Part shown: piece by piece, positions 38,364 through 53,012 of the stretch
Layout: the number at the start of each line of letters is the position of its first letter
Position numbering within the stretch: position 1 is the first letter of the stretch
Source of the DNA: Octopus sinensis
Lineage: Eukaryota
Length of the DNA stretch: 64,000 nt
Direction: 5' to 3'
Assembly (NCBI RefSeq): GCF_006345805.1
Contig: NC_042998.1
Span: 63,984,001-64,048,000 of the forward strand
Made by a program: the position numbers and the translations under genes
The notes under the pieces: model-generated
The model's database searches: none
What the model was told of the DNA's origin: nothing
What the model saw: the letters and a program-made list of their open reading frames with translations, nothing else

Positions 38364-38658
38364 TTCCTTCTCGAGCCATGCCTGGCTCATAAGGGCCGGT
38401 TTCCCGGTTTCCTTGGCGTATAGGTTCTCCACCTGGACGGGACGCCTGTCCGTCGCAGGTGTGCTGCAAGATTGAGGAGGAAAGTGTGAGACAACGTTGT
38501 GGCGAAAGAGTCAGAAGAAGTTCGCCAATACCTTCTGCTGGAGCCACGTGGAGCTTAGGTGTTTCGCTCACAAACACACATCACCCGGTCTAAGATTCGA
38601 ACCCGTGATCTCTCGACCGCAACTCTGCTACTCTAACCACTAGGCCATGTGCCTCCAC
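38364..38658 (-). mobile_element. tRNA-derived SINE family C-related copy
   Basis: Head tggcctagtggttagagtagc...gggttcgaatc with A/B boxes, followed by gagcgaaacacctaagctccacg as in the 47699 copy. Confidence 0.85.
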
Positions 38659-38861
38659 ATGGTTAGACATCTTTGCCGTCTTATTTTAGCATATAGGCAC
38701 AGTGGCTTCAGTGACTTTAATTATAATTGTAATCTTTATAATTAATTATATATATATGTAAGGTCGCATTATTACCGTCATATACAGTAATGCTACGGGT
38801 TTGCTTTTAACAAGTAGTATTTATACCCTAATTTTCTCAAATTTATCTATCTCTCTCTCTT

Positions 38862-38896
<35 letters not shown>

Positions 38897-39639
38897 GTAT
38901 ATATTTATATATATATATACATAATACGAGCCAGTTTCAATATTAGTATCTACAGATATAACTAAATATAACCAACTGTATTTATATAGGTATATTTATA
39001 TACATGCATTCATATACATTCATTATATACACAAATGCATGCGTATGTATATGAGATAGGGCGTAGATATGGAATACAGTCTATATCAATCTATATGTTA
39101 TAAATAATTGTTTGTGTATGTGTGTGTGTGTGTGCGTGTGAGTGTATATGTGTGAATGTGTAGCGCACACTCACGGTCGTGTGTTTTTTCTAGACGTAGT
39201 CGTATTCGCGTATGTAGGATAAATCATATGGAAACAAAAGAACAGAAATCAATTAATCGTATAGAGAGGAGAAAATATACAATCGCATACAAATTAAATG
39301 TCTGTGACATGTTCGTTGCGATTTATGACATGTTGGTTGATGACTACAATACAAATCAATTAATATTCCGAGGAACGAGGAACATCTGGTCCGTAATGTG
39401 AAGCAATCATGCAGAAAATATACTTTCTATTATAAATTCCTATAGAGGGAGATATTATTGAAATCGAAATTATTGCTCCCGTTGTTTGGAATAAAAACCA
39501 TAATGCGCGATGTATTATTATCTACTTTCATATTCGTCTTCGAGTATAAGAGTAAGAAGGGTTTGATTTAGTCGCAGTCATATGGTTTCCAATATGGTGA
39601 GCGCAGGTGAGAAGTATATATACGTTACTATGTACACAC

Positions 39640-40147
<508 letters not shown>

Positions 40148-40326
40148 ATGAAGGAACATAAACGTGAAACTAGATGGTAGAAATGAGTACTCGAATACCT
40201 GGGGTATAGTTATATCACAAAAGATAAACAAGACAAATTTTTTCTGAGATATTTTTGTTATCCTTTTCAAGCTTTAATAATAATAATAATAATGATGTGT
40301 GTGTGTGTGTGTGTGTGTACATGCAC

Positions 40327-40358
<32 letters not shown>

Positions 40359-40370
40359 CACACACACAAG

Positions 40371-40572
40371 AGACGTTAGCACGCCGGGCGAAATGCGTAG
40401 CCGTATTTCGTCTGCCGCTACGTTGTGAGTTCAAATTCCGCCGAGGTCGACTTTACCTTTCATCCTTTCGGGGTCGATTAAATAAGTACCAGTTACGCAC
40501 TGGAGTCGATATAATCGACTTAATCCGTTTGTTTGTCCTCTCTCTGTTTAGCCCCTTGTGGGTAGTAAAGAA
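40371..40572 (+). mobile_element. SINE family B
   Basis: gagttcaaattccgccgaggtcgactttacctttcatcctttcggggtcgattaaataagtaccag; this domain resembles the RTE/Bov-B-5'-related domain known from Sauria and cephalopod SINEs (recalled similarity, not searched). Confidence 0.88.
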
Positions 40573-40755
40573 AAAAAATATATATATATATATATATTTT
40601 GACTATTTATTAAAATTTTATGTATTGATTAAGTCTTTCCTTGTTTGTTTTGCAAAATAGTGGTTTTGTCTCTAATAATATTTTATAATATTTTACTATA
40701 AAATTGGATTTAATCCTAAATCTGATTTTTTCCCTGTAAATTTGGATTTATTCCC

Positions 40756-40804
<49 letters not shown>

Positions 40805-41345
40805 CGTTGTGTGTGTGTGTCTTCTGTTGGCACTCCGACCATCACTCTATATATATGTACTCATAATTAATAATGATTCCAAAGAAAATAGGATAATGAT
40901 GATATAATATTTAATAAAATTCATTAACTGCAAAAATTAACATAATCCTACACAGCTGTTTCTATTTAATTTAATAGATTAAATAATGATTATTAAAAAT
41001 CAGTGCAGGAGGTGAAAGAGTCGGGACTGGGTTACCTCCCTTAAATCGGTTCCAGGTGTGATGATATTCGAAATTGTTGCTGCGGTTATATTCAAACTTG
41101 TAACAGGAACCGTCCTAGATCAGGGTCTCGCTACATGCTATTTTTTTGCTGGAGTTTAAATTAAGTCACCGGATCAAGCAAGTTTCTTTAGGATGCTCGC
41201 TCTCTCTGCGAAACTTAGCTCGTTTTGTCCTGTTTGTATAACTATAAGTCCCTAGTTGTTCAAGGAACTTCATTCTTATGGGGTTCGTTTCCTCTTTTAA
41301 ATGCTATACGTGACTGGCCAATGATGTGGTGTTCAGCCTTTATGG

Positions 41346-41426
41346 CAGTGGTTCCCAACCTGCGGTCGGCGCTCTGATGGTCTGCGAAGGCAGTACTCGG
41401 TGTCCGTGAAATAAATACAAAATTTC

Positions 41427-41468
<42 letters not shown>

Positions 41469-41563
41469 ACACACAAACACACACATGTGTATATACATAA
41501 GGTTAAGCATATTAAAATACGTCCGTAGTAATAGTCATTTAAATAAAAGATTGGCAACCACTG
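41346..41563. mobile_element. hAT (Charlie-like) MITE, 218 bp
   Basis: TIRs cagtggttcccaacct and (reverse complement) cagtggttgccaatct; 8-bp TSD not preserved. Confidence 0.7.
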
Positions 41564-42689
41564 TTGGAAGCAACTGAAAATGTTAAGACCTACTGATTTA
41601 CGGCATCGTAAAAGTGGACCTCTAGTTGTATTGACGTTGCTTGATAGGGGCTCCGGTTGAATCGACATTTTTCCTTGTCTGTGCACTGTATATTCTATCA
41701 CCCCTGATTTTTCTTTCGTTAATTAAGATGTCTGATGTCGTTGGTCTTGTTGTATATATATATGCATGCTGCTGTCAGTGACAGACTACCTGGAATGTGA
41801 TACGTCAGATGTTAATTCTCCTTCATATGACAAATGGTAAGTGCGACAGCGATGCATCAGTTAATCGTGAAATATATTCATTTTGGTACACGTACTGCTT
41901 AAAAGGAAGTGATTTACATAAGCGCACATACTAACATTCATGAACGACGTGGTTTTCAATTTATGAAAAATTATGGATTAATGAACCGTTCAGAAACGCT
42001 CTAAAATAAATGACCCACAGTGAATTTTAAAATACATCAGACGAAACTTTGATGCAACTCTGTCAATTAGACATATTTACCTATCTAATAATGCACACAC
42101 ACGCGCGCGCGCGCTTAGTTATATCCGCACTCTCGTACGTGTATCCGTAGGTGTATATGTTTAATACCTTTCCTTGGTATATCTTTCTTATTGTTGTTTA
42201 ATTGTATTCTTTAAAATTCTGCTCTGTAATCGAAGCAACGCGCCTTCTATTGCATTGGGCTTATATTTTATGATTCAGTAATACCTGATATGTATCACAC
42301 ACACGTATCTAGGAACGAAGTGTACGTGTTATCGGCCCTGCTAAGTTGAGGCACAGCTAATTTGTATTCGAATATTTGATGCCAATATTCACATTAATTT
42401 CAAACGTACACTATGACATAATCTGCAGGATCTTAATATAAATCTCTTTGCGTCATTTATTCGCTTTCCGTTGCAGTTGTAATGATCTCAGACAGGAATT
42501 GTCATTCATCATGCTACTAAAGATAAATTAGTAGTCATTCAAATGTCCGTATTGCTGTTACACTTCCTTTTGAAACTGGTGGTTTTACCTCCTTTCTGTG
42601 AAACTGCCAGATATTCTAATGAGTAAATAAACCCCGAAAACACAGTGTACCGTTGTAACGGATATATTTCAGTTTGACCTCTTGTGAAC

Positions 42690-42762
42690 TAAATATATAT
42701 ATATAATATATATATATATATTATATATATATATATATATACACATATATATATATATAAAT

Positions 42763-42818
<56 letters not shown>

Positions 42819-42830
42819 TATATATAAATT

Positions 42831-42871
<41 letters not shown>

Positions 42872-42922
42872 GAGACACACACACATATATACATACATAT
42901 ATATATCCAAAATCTTCGCGTC

Positions 42923-42985
<63 letters not shown>
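42690..42985. repeat. Compound (TA)n/(CA)n/(GT)n microsatellite
   Basis: Directly visible. Confidence 0.95.
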
Positions 42986-43610
42986 ACCGATGCGAAGCTT
43001 TTGGATTTTGTACCATTCAAAATAAATTTTCTATAATATTTATTTCCGCTGTAGGCTTTTTTTTTCAAATTTCAGAGCGGTTCAAATATGTGAAACAAAA
43101 AAAATATTCTTCTCATTTCTAAGCTGAAAGCGCAGTCAACAGTCGCGTATTACGCACATCCTATTTAACAGCAGACGTGTAGTTTGGGTTGCCGTCAACA
43201 AACGTGATGTTTGTGTTTGTATAATTGGCTGTTGTTTCCGTTTAGAAATTTTAGGCTCGAATTAAATCAGCTGCCGATCTTGTTCTTTCTCTCCAAAATG
43301 AATCTATAAAGGTTATAAGGGTTTTAACTCAGTACCCTTATAATTAATGACTGAATACATTCCTCCCCAAGTACATAGAGGAACGGTTTCAGTCCCAACA
43401 TTCGTGTATCTATTTACTATATAGATATAATTTCTCGAGTAATAACTACTGCAGTAAAGTTTGTTCTAAGAGAACATCCGCATTCAATGAGGGATAAATA
43501 TTTTCTCTCGGTATAAATACTGCTTCAGTTGCTAATATGCGAGGTTTGATCAGTACGTATCCTGATTGTTGCTATAATAACGAAGCTAAAGCTCGTGGAG
43601 TGAAAATGTA

Positions 43611-44482
43611 CGTGGTCTGACCAATAAGAATCGTAGTAACGAAGCCAAAGCAGACAGAATGAAGCCGCTTAGCACAAATTGACTTCAATCTCTGCTTTGC
43701 ATGTGGATTAAGTTTTAACGTTCTAGCCCACCTCTGCTGTTTACAGCAGTGATTGAAAGGAAGATGTGTAGCATGTGATCGTCGCATTGACCACAACAGA
43801 GTTAGCTGTCTAGGGGAACCTGCTCAGAGACCGACGTAAAGTGGAAGGAAGTGTATGGGGAGAAGTGTATGAGCTGCACACAAGTGTATCAGAGGTCCAG
43901 CTGTTTCCAACATGGCAGAAAAAATGTCGATATTGACAAATGTTGTGGGTTACACGCAACCAGCAGAACTGAAGAAAACATCGTAGATGTGCGTGCAGCT
44001 ATGTGGGGAAATCGTCGAATCACCAACCATGTCTTATCAAAGGATGTGCAGATTAGTTACGGTTCAGTTCAGTCCATTGTCACTGATGATTTGAGTGTAA
44101 GACTCTCGTCTGCCAAATTTGTGCAAAAACTGCTTTCAGCTGACCAGACAGGGTTTCAGTTGCACAAGATTTCTTTGATTGAGTCGAGAATGATGAAAAC
44201 TTTTTGAAAGCTTTGCATATTACTCTCAGCAGGTATCGCCAAGTTTTTGGCAAGATTTGAAATAGTTTCGCGGCCCAACCTGCTTTCTCATGGTCTAGGC
44301 GACTATTGCACGCTACACACCTTCCTTCCAAGGGCTGTTGTGAACAGCGGAATTGAGCTAGAACGCTTAAAATGTGCATACAGAGCAGAGTTCATGTCAA
44401 CTTGTGCCAAGCATGGCTTTAATCTGTGTGCTTTAGCTTCGTTACTATGGCAACAGTCCGGAGTTTTATTGATCAGACCACG
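43611..44482 (+). mobile_element. Non-autonomous mariner derivative with about 100-bp TIRs
   Basis: TA|cgtggtctga.caataa...gtaacgaagc.aaagca.acag at both ends. Internal HTH-region relic TSRTEENIVDVR...ISYGSVQSIVTDDL...AKFVQKLL; no catalytic domain. An extra partial left TIR lies at 43540-43592. Confidence 0.88.
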
Positions 44483-45050
44483 TATATTTTTTTAACAAGC
44501 TTACTGGATAATCACTATGCCATCTGGCACTGATTATCTATATATCGCTAGCTGGAAGATGAGACGCTGCTGCCTCTAGCAGTCAAGCATCCATCATTGA
44601 CAAGGTCAAGGAAGGTCAAAATCACATGATCAGGTTGTTGCGACGTTGGAAGTGGCGGGGATATATCTCTCAGCTAGAGATGTAAATAAGCATGCATTAT
44701 ACACCAAAAATCAATATGAGAATTTCTCTTGCTGGTATCTACAGTAGTATAGTTTAAGTGGCGATACATATTAAAGTTCTGGGGATTTATATCTTTAGGA
44801 GGCCATAAACAAATATCTTGTTACGTATGTGGAACTACAAATATTCAAAATTGAGTTAGGTAGATACAAGTTCGGAATCATTGCAAGGTCACTTATCATT
44901 CCTATCTTTATTGTATATTTAATAAATATAAAATCATCTAAATTCAAACGATTGTCTCCCCTGCTTATTTAAGGAAAAGCGTTTACAAGCATTATTCCAA
45001 TATGTGGTAACAGCGCTAAGCAGTTATGTGTATGAATAAAAAATTGTTAC

Positions 45051-45090
45051 GCGTAAGAGTGGCTGTGTTGTAAGTAGCTTGCTTCCTCAC
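45051..45090 (+). mobile_element. SINE family A head, 5' piece (continues at 47127)
   Basis: gcgtaagagtggctgtgttgtaagtagcttgctt matches the family A start. Confidence 0.8.
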
Positions 45091-47126
45091 ATGCGCATTG
45101 GTGTTTTACTTCAAAACTTGAACAAGGAGGGCTTGATCTAGTCTGTTCCGTCCTAAAACTGAAAATCAAAAGTCCGTTCGTGGTAGGTGATTTTGTTTAT
45201 TTTGAGCTCGGCGTGATTTATTATTTTGGAATCTTTTTCAGTAAATTTCGCCCAGGTATGGGACAATTTCACCTGCTCTCAGCGGCTATTGCGATTTTTC
45301 CCTGTTGAAAATAATGTTGGGGGCTTATCCCCGCCCCAAAATTGAAGTTTGTTCCAGTCATTGAACATTTTTGTGCCCCATTGTGGCGAATATTCGTCTT
45401 CTGTAGATTTAAGATTCCAGCTCGGAGTACCAGCCAAAGAAGAGGGCCAGAAGTACCTGTGGCCGGAATTGTGTAGTTGCTATTTGGAACCATATTTTTA
45501 TTTCTTCCTTGTTTTTCCTCCTAATTTTTGAACTGTCCTTTTTGTTTTCTTTTGTCTTATTTTTTACTGTCTATTTTTCATTCGGACTTTTTTTCTCTAG
45601 TTTCTTTCTATTTTTGTGGACATTTCAACTTTCTTCGTCATGGCGATAAAGAATGGTCCCGCGGCTTTGGAGTGGGAGATCGTACCACCCAAGCAGTGGT
45701 TAAAAGATATGGAGAAGAGGACCGTGGTGGTTAGAACTTATTCTAAAGTTCTTCCCAAAGGCAGTTATAGAAAATGTACTGAAAGACTATTTGTCCTCTG
45801 TGAAATACATATCCCGTGGTGTGAAACATCCAACTGTATAGTTGCTGTTTGACAACCGGGACAAGGCTCGCAATTTTGCGAGTCAGCCTTTAGAGGACAA
45901 TGAAATTCTGTTCTTCCCGTTGTAGTGCGGGAGAAAATTAATAAGGGCCTGGGTATGTGGGTTACCCCCACGGACCGAGGTGGGTTGGATTGAAGATACC
46001 ATCCGAGGGGTACTGGGGGATAGCGGGCCCAGGCTCTTAAATGTAAGGGTATTGCCGACGGTCGATTCGGAAAGGTCAAAACCGATTTTGACCCTGTGGA
46101 CACCATCAGAATTTTTTTTTAAATGGCTGACTGCAGGCATGCGGTGATACTTGAGGGACGTCCCCCCCCCCCCAAGTGTCACTCTTGCCTGCAGCCAGGC
46201 CACATTAAAAAGAACTGCCCAAGGTCCTGGAACAGTCACTGGATGCCACCTCACCTACCTGGGCAAAGGGAGAAGTGGATCTGGTTGAGGAGTATTCAAC
46301 CTGATTAAAAAGGAAGAAGGCGGGCAACAATAGTTGCCCGCCGAAGGACCCTAAGGCTTCGGGAGGTGGGGGAAAGACTCTGGACAAAGCGGAAGAGCTC
46401 CACTCTCTCGAAGTCAGGAAGTAAAAAAAAACAAGAAGAAGAACGGGTCATCGTAGGGGTGAGATGATGTGCCGTCTGCATGTCCCGAAGTTGTGCCACC
46501 CACGGTGGAAGAAACGACCGCCACCATTAAAGTTGATGAATTAATTATCTTTTTCTGCAGGGGCGGGGAGGTGGAAAATAGTAGAATATAAGCAGAGAGT
46601 AGCTATGCCCTTCACACGGATCCCGAATGGCGTCCGCAGATAGCTGTGGAGGTCATAAGATTTCCCTTGTGGGAAAGGCTTCAAGGATTTGGGGAGGAGT
46701 GTCGCACATGGCCGGGTGGCCCTTATAGGACTTCCATGTCCTAGATGAGAGAGGCATGGGAAATGGCAGGATACAGGAACTCAAGCGGCATTGAAGATAA
46801 TGATGGATATATTGATGGATATATCGATGAGTAGAAGTGAAAAAGCTTCGTTGGAGGGTTTGAAACCTCATCTTATTGTATTTTTGTAGTGGTTTATAAC
46901 CGCAATTGTGTTTTTTTAAAAAAAACACGTGAAGTAAGAGGTTTTAGTGCCTCCTTCTTGTTGATTTTTTAAAAACGAAAATATGTTTTCCAGAAAAATC
47001 CAATCGTCGGGTGTTGGGTTTCTTCTCTCATTTATTCGCTTTGTTTCATTTTCATTCATTAATGTTTGTCCAGCCCGCAAAGCTACCCAATCTTTCTACT
47101 GTCTATATGACAAATTTTATGAAATA
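45085..47126 (+). mobile_element. Degenerate, internally deleted L1/Tx1-like LINE (gag-like ORF1 with CCHC knuckle, APE fragment, 3' UTR)
   Basis: KCHSCLQPGHIKKNCP (CX2CX4HX4C) at about 46174-46221; L*DFHVLDER (GDFN-like) at about 46721-46750; ends at AATAAA; flanked by a 13-bp duplication aagtag(c/a)ttgctt. Confidence 0.7.
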
Positions 47127-47510
47127 AAGTAGATTGCTTACCAACCACATGGTTCCGGATTCATTCCCACAGCATGGCACCTTGAGCAAGTGTCTTCTAC
47201 TATATGCTGGGGACGACCAAAGCCGTGTGAGTGGATTTGGTAGACGGAAGCTGAAAGAAGTCCGTCGTATATATATGCGTGTGTGTGTATGGTTGTCTGT
47301 GTTCCCCCCCCCCCAAAAAAAAAATTGATTGATAACCGATGGTGGTGTGGTGTGTTTACGTCCCCGTAACCTAGCGGTCCGGCAAAAGAGTCCGATAGAA
47401 TAAGTACTAGGCTTCAAAAGAATAAGCTCTGGGAGTCGATTTGCTCGACTAAAGGCGGTGCTCCAACATGGCCACAGTCAAATGACTGAAACAAGTAAGA
47501 GATTAAAAGA
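47127..47510 (+). mobile_element. SINE family A, remainder
   Basis: aagtagattgcttaccaaccacatggttccgg...gcaagtgtcttctacta...catggccacagtcaaatgactgaaac. Confidence 0.92.
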
Positions 47511-47698
47511 GTTCAAACATGCCTTGGGGCATATGTTCAGAAATCCCAAGTCTGGTTAGGTGTTGCTCTGATCTGACTCAGTGTATTTACACCTATTTTT
47601 AGACAGTGAAAAGATTTCTTCTAGACAAAATAAGATGAAAAGCTTTCTTATGAGTTCAAATAAACATATTTGATCTGGTAACAGCATTGTATATGTCA

Positions 47699-48079
47699 GA
47701 GGCGCAATGGCCCTGTGGTTAGGGCAGCGGACCCGCGGTCGTAGGATCGCGGTTTCGATTCCCAGACCGGGCGTTGTGAGTGTTTATTGAGCGAAAACAG
47801 CTAAAGCTCCACGAGCCTCCGGCAGGGATGGTGGTGATCCCTGCTGTACTCTTTCACCACAACTTTCTCTCACTCTTACTTCCTGTTTCTGTTGTACCTG
47901 TATTTCAAAGGGCCGGCCTTGTCACTCTCTGTATCACGCTGAATATCCCCGAGAACTACGTTAAGGGTACACGTGTCTGTGGAGTGCTCAGCCACTTACA
48001 CGTTAATTTCACGAGCAGGCTGTTCCGTTGATCGGATCAACCGGAACCCTCGTCGTCGTAACCGACGGAGTGCTTCCAA
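47699..48079 (+). mobile_element. tRNA-derived SINE family C, full length
   Basis: tggccctgtggttagggcagcgg (A box), ggtttcgattccc (B box-like); 3' end ...ccgttgatcggatcaaccggaaccctcgtcgtcgtaaccgacggagtgc is also present inverted at 62657-62745. Confidence 0.9.
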
Positions 48080-51000
48080 TCAAATGTATATGTCATTCTA
48101 ATATACCTACAATTTAAATTATGTAAATTAAGTTGCACATATATATAAAATATGTACAAAATTCAATTTCCCATTGAGGTATACGTTAGGCAATTAATAA
48201 ACTTCCTTGTGTTTTATTTGAATCCACTGTTTGATGTCATCAAGCAATACAGTATGCATACACAAACATCCTTGGACTTCTGTTTATATTCTAATAGCGA
48301 TATGTTTTCCCTCTGCATTGCTGATGAGGTTTAATACGACGGTGAGTTCTCTGCAGTGGCAACCATAATCCCATTGGTAAGTGTATTTCTATACTGCATT
48401 CTATACATATTAATTCATATTAATTGTACACACGGAGTCTTATCCAAAACATTATCTGACCAGAATTAATTATTTAGAGAACCATGTATTTTCATTAATT
48501 AATTAATTTTTTACCTAAAATTTATTGGCTCACTACATCAAGTATGTTAATGTCTATATTAGTTTATTTTTCTTAAAGTTTATTTCATATAGAATCCTCC
48601 TAAATGTCTAAATTAAATGAAACATATTTTCTTGTATCTTATTAAGACTTACAGTTTGTGATTAATTCAGAAGTGATTAATTAGTGCATATATTGCTGCA
48701 GCTAATTAAATATATCTTAGTTTATTTGTTAAAATGTTGATTTGATCACTTACCGAATATAATTTATTCCATACGTTGGTCGTATATGTATTCAACAAAT
48801 CAACAAGAAATCGTATACGCTTCTACCATTACAGCAGAATGAGGCAATGGAAGTTCCAAGACAGATATAGGAAAAACGGGGCTCTAAATGGTAAGGATAT
48901 AGAGAAAACAGGGCTCTAAATTGAAATGATGAATGTGCTGTTAGTTTTGCACTGGTTTGCTTATAATCACGTGTATATATATTTCGATTATGCTGAAGAA
49001 AGTTATAGGATCGATTATACATCGCAGAAAATTTCCAAACAACTGGAAGAGTAAAGTAACTTTAGAGTAGTAAATATGAAATATTTTGTTGGCGTATTGT
49101 GTAAAAATATTTCAGATGTTCTGCCACGTATAAAGTAATGTTAAAATCAGTTGATAGCTAAGGGATATCTTATACAAACTAATATTTGCCACATAATGGA
49201 TTTATACTGTTGTCTCGAAACCACGAAAGCCTATAGCAATTATCTCATTACTAGAACTAAATTTAAAGAAGATAATAATGAAATTAATCCTGAGAGATCG
49301 TATAGCATTTCGTTCTAACTTTCTAAATGTGTTTCAATGAAATTCTATATCACTTGAGAAGCGTAAAAAGGATTTAAAATTTGATATATATCATGAACAA
49401 ATAATTACTAGGTGTTGGGTTTTCAACTACTAAAAGATAATAACATAGTTTATATTTTGTAACCAAGTTGAATTATTTCAGGCTTTATTCAGAATTACGA
49501 AGAACGAAAAACAGCAGCAACTATTTGGAAATAATTTTAAACTTATAATGACAATGGCCAGACAAAGAATAAGTTGCTTTTTGCATTTTTCAATATTCTT
49601 TAAAAATTAATTACATGTTGCTTCGTATTTCCTTTCTAATATAGAAACAAAGACATATATAATATATATTTATGACCAAAATATTGATTGCGCTATGGAA
49701 TAGATAAAATATGCTAATAATTAGTGAAATATTACAAGTGTTAATTATGTTGCCAGGATGTGTTTTTTTTATTAATATACTTGCGAATATATCAGAAATA
49801 CAGTGTAGAAAACGCATATCTAATGAGTGGATAAAACAATACGAACTTGACTATAAAAGTCAGTTTTTTATATGTTTCTAATTGCTAGTGCAATATCAAA
49901 AGAATATCGCATATTATAATATACATTCTATACTGTAGAACATCGAGCAAAACATAAGAAATAATTATTGGAAATAAATATTTCGCCGTTCCAGACTGAA
50001 TCACAGAAACAGAACGTGATTCTGAAACATGTGCCTTTGAAATTAAAGAGCCACATTACAAAGAACAACGAATACAATAAAATATATCTAATAGAACATC
50101 GTTAATGGTGTCCAAGAAATACACGTATAGGTTGCCCTGTTTATTTCTCCTCCGAGTAGGGAACGAAAATTCTGCTAGGAGCTTACCCCTGATGTTGCAT
50201 GAATAGTTACCTATAAATTGTATAAAAGTTTTTGTTTTATATATATATATATACATATATATAATCAAAATAAGTACCAAGGATATCCAAAGATAGTGTA
50301 GTACAATCGTTTCATGCTACTTCATTTAATTAAACAATGTAAGTATTATATCACTTTTAAAATGTAGAGCAATCTTCAGCCACATATAGAATTTTTAAAT
50401 TAAATTGACAATGTTCATTTTTCTACTTATTCCATGTGCCAACATTACAAAGAGGGTAGGTATATAGACAGAGAGGTGAATTTCATCAGTAAAAACATGG
50501 TAGTAAAATATCTTTACTCATGGGTAGATTTCTTATCACTGAATTTAATGTGTTATTTAGATTTACCATTGGGGAGGAGATTCTATTAATTTCAGTGGAT
50601 ACAATCGAGAATGTATCTATCTATAGGTAGAGGAAGGAGCAGTTTAAGTGACAGAGCCATAAATCAAACTCTTTTATGAAGAACTTAACTCTGGTGCATC
50701 TGAATGTATTTTAGCTAAAGCTAGTAGGCTGAAGCTAGTGGGGTAGGGAGAAAGTAGAACGTAAAAAGTGGAAAGAGAAAATAGTGGACCGGGAAAATAA
50801 AAGGTGTCGTAATGATTACAGTTCGTAAACAATTCTTCAATATATATCTATCCTTTCTTTAGAAGGAAATACCAGATGTGATAATTCCTTAGAACAAAAA
50901 AAAAAACGAAAATAAGAAAATTATATGCCATTCCATTATATTATATGTGTGAATGTGTTTGCGATTAGTATTCTTTTAGATAAAGAGGGAATGTTTTCGT

Positions 51001-51430
51001 AACATTGGTGAACGTTGATATATTGAAGCAGTCAACTAGTGTTATCCTACATATGTTTTCTGAAAGACAGGTTGTCAAACAGAATTAGTCTAAATTATTC
51101 ACATGACAAAAGTACTGTTGGCCTTTAGGGCAGTATCAGTCAGAGAAAGAGTTTCGTTCGTAGTTACGCTAGGCGGTTCATGACATTTCTCAACCTCAAT
51201 TTTCTTTATTTGTTAATTACATTTCGTCACCCGGGTCTCTCACTGTGCCTCATCCTCATCTCGCTGCTTATTGACAGACTGATCAGTTCAAGTCTGGCTT
51301 GAACAGCATCGATCAGATACACTCGTTCGAATCTGCCAGAAAGTAATAAAAATGAACGGATACGTTGATGACTTTATGTAAAATATTTTCTTGATATATT
51401 TTACTTTTATTATACTTTGTAATTCGTTAC

Positions 51431-51540
<110 letters not shown>

Positions 51541-52644
51541 ATGATAAATATCAAAGTGAGTTATATACAGTAGCGGTAACACATCGTGACGTATTTTTGC
51601 CATTTCAATATGGCTAACCCCTAAGGGTGGATGCTACTGTAGTTTTTAGCCCCAGGAGGACACACTCCTCCAGCTGGCCATAGACACACTTTCTGTGTCC
51701 TGTCAGTATTTGCAAAGGGAAGTCATCCTTCCCGTCTTCAACTTATGATACACTATATACATACATACATACATGCATTCATACATATATAAATACATAA
51801 CTATGTATCTATATGCATGTGTGTATGCATGATGGAGTATGGCGCTCACTTCAGTAGCAGCCTTAGACTGGGATGGCACCCTGGGCAAGTGCTTGTGCCA
51901 CCTTAGTCTCCCGTGGCAGGTATAGGGCGAAGACGTCAGCAGCAGCGGGTTGGACAACGGATAAGTATCCTAGATCAACGATCCTAGATCAAGCGGAAGA
52001 TCTCTACCATCAAACAATGGTTGGGCGCTAACTACCAAGTGAACTCCTAGTGCGGGTTCCGCTTCCCTGTTGACCTTGCTTACTGAATTTTTTAGAACCA
52101 CTTTTGGAGGTCTAGAGAGGCAATCTTGAAGGAGGGTGGCACCTAATACCTTATTCATCATCAAAGTCGTTTCGTTCAAAGAATTCTAAATAGAACTGTG
52201 AAGACGATTTATACACGAATGTATGTTTGTAATACACACATGTGCGTGCTCATGCACGTAGTTTTAAGATAACACGCCGAAAATTTCCTTCTCAGTTCTG
52301 TTAGTAATTAAACACGTGCATGTAAAACACATAAAATTTAATTCAACAATATCTTAACACCAAGCAAACAATCGGTTACAATCGTAAAACTGTTAACTTT
52401 GGAATTATGGTTTTCAAAATGCGAAGATAAGCAGCTGGCGAATGTGTAAAAACTAACGCTGGTTTAAAGAGTAAAGATGTCGTTGATATGATAAATCTCA
52501 AAATGCACGATCAGATCAAATGTGCGACAGTTTTCAAATGCGAAGTGGTACGGTTATAATATGTCTCAATTTATATGGATACAAAAAGCGTTAACGTATG
52601 GGATAACCTTGTAAGACATAACACCGATAATAACAATAATTTTT

Positions 52645-53012
52645 ACTATAGGCACAAGGCTTGGAATTTTGGGGGAGAGGGACAGTGAATTACATAAACC
52701 CCAGTACTCAACTGGTACTTATTTCAACGGCACCGAAACGTTGACCTCGGTGGAATTTGAACTCAGAACGTAGCGTCAGACAAAATGCCTATTTCTTTAC
52801 TACCCACAACGGGCTAAACCCAGAGGGGACGAAGAAGGACAGACAAACGGATTAAGTCGATTACATCGACTCTAGTGCGTAACTGGTACTTAATTTATCG
52901 CCCCCAAAAGATGAAAGGCCCAGTCGACCTCGGCGGAATTTGAACTCAGAATGTAACGGCAGACGAAATACGGCTACGCGTTTCGCCCGGCGTGCTAACG
53001 TTTCTGCCAGAT
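52645..53012 (-). mobile_element. Two head-to-tail SINE family B copies
   Basis: Two successive gacctcgg.ggaatttgaactcagaa cores; junction at about 52790. Confidence 0.88.

Noticed and set aside
48296-48385. ctgatgaggt motif plus gtgagt/gtaagt donors (possible hammerhead or 20-nt microexon)
   Set aside because: No GAAA for a ribozyme; the implied intron is 15 nt and the pyrimidine tract is weak.
49476-49610. Possible + strand exon FIQNYEERKQQQLFGNNF...
   Set aside because: No clean donor and no recognisable family.
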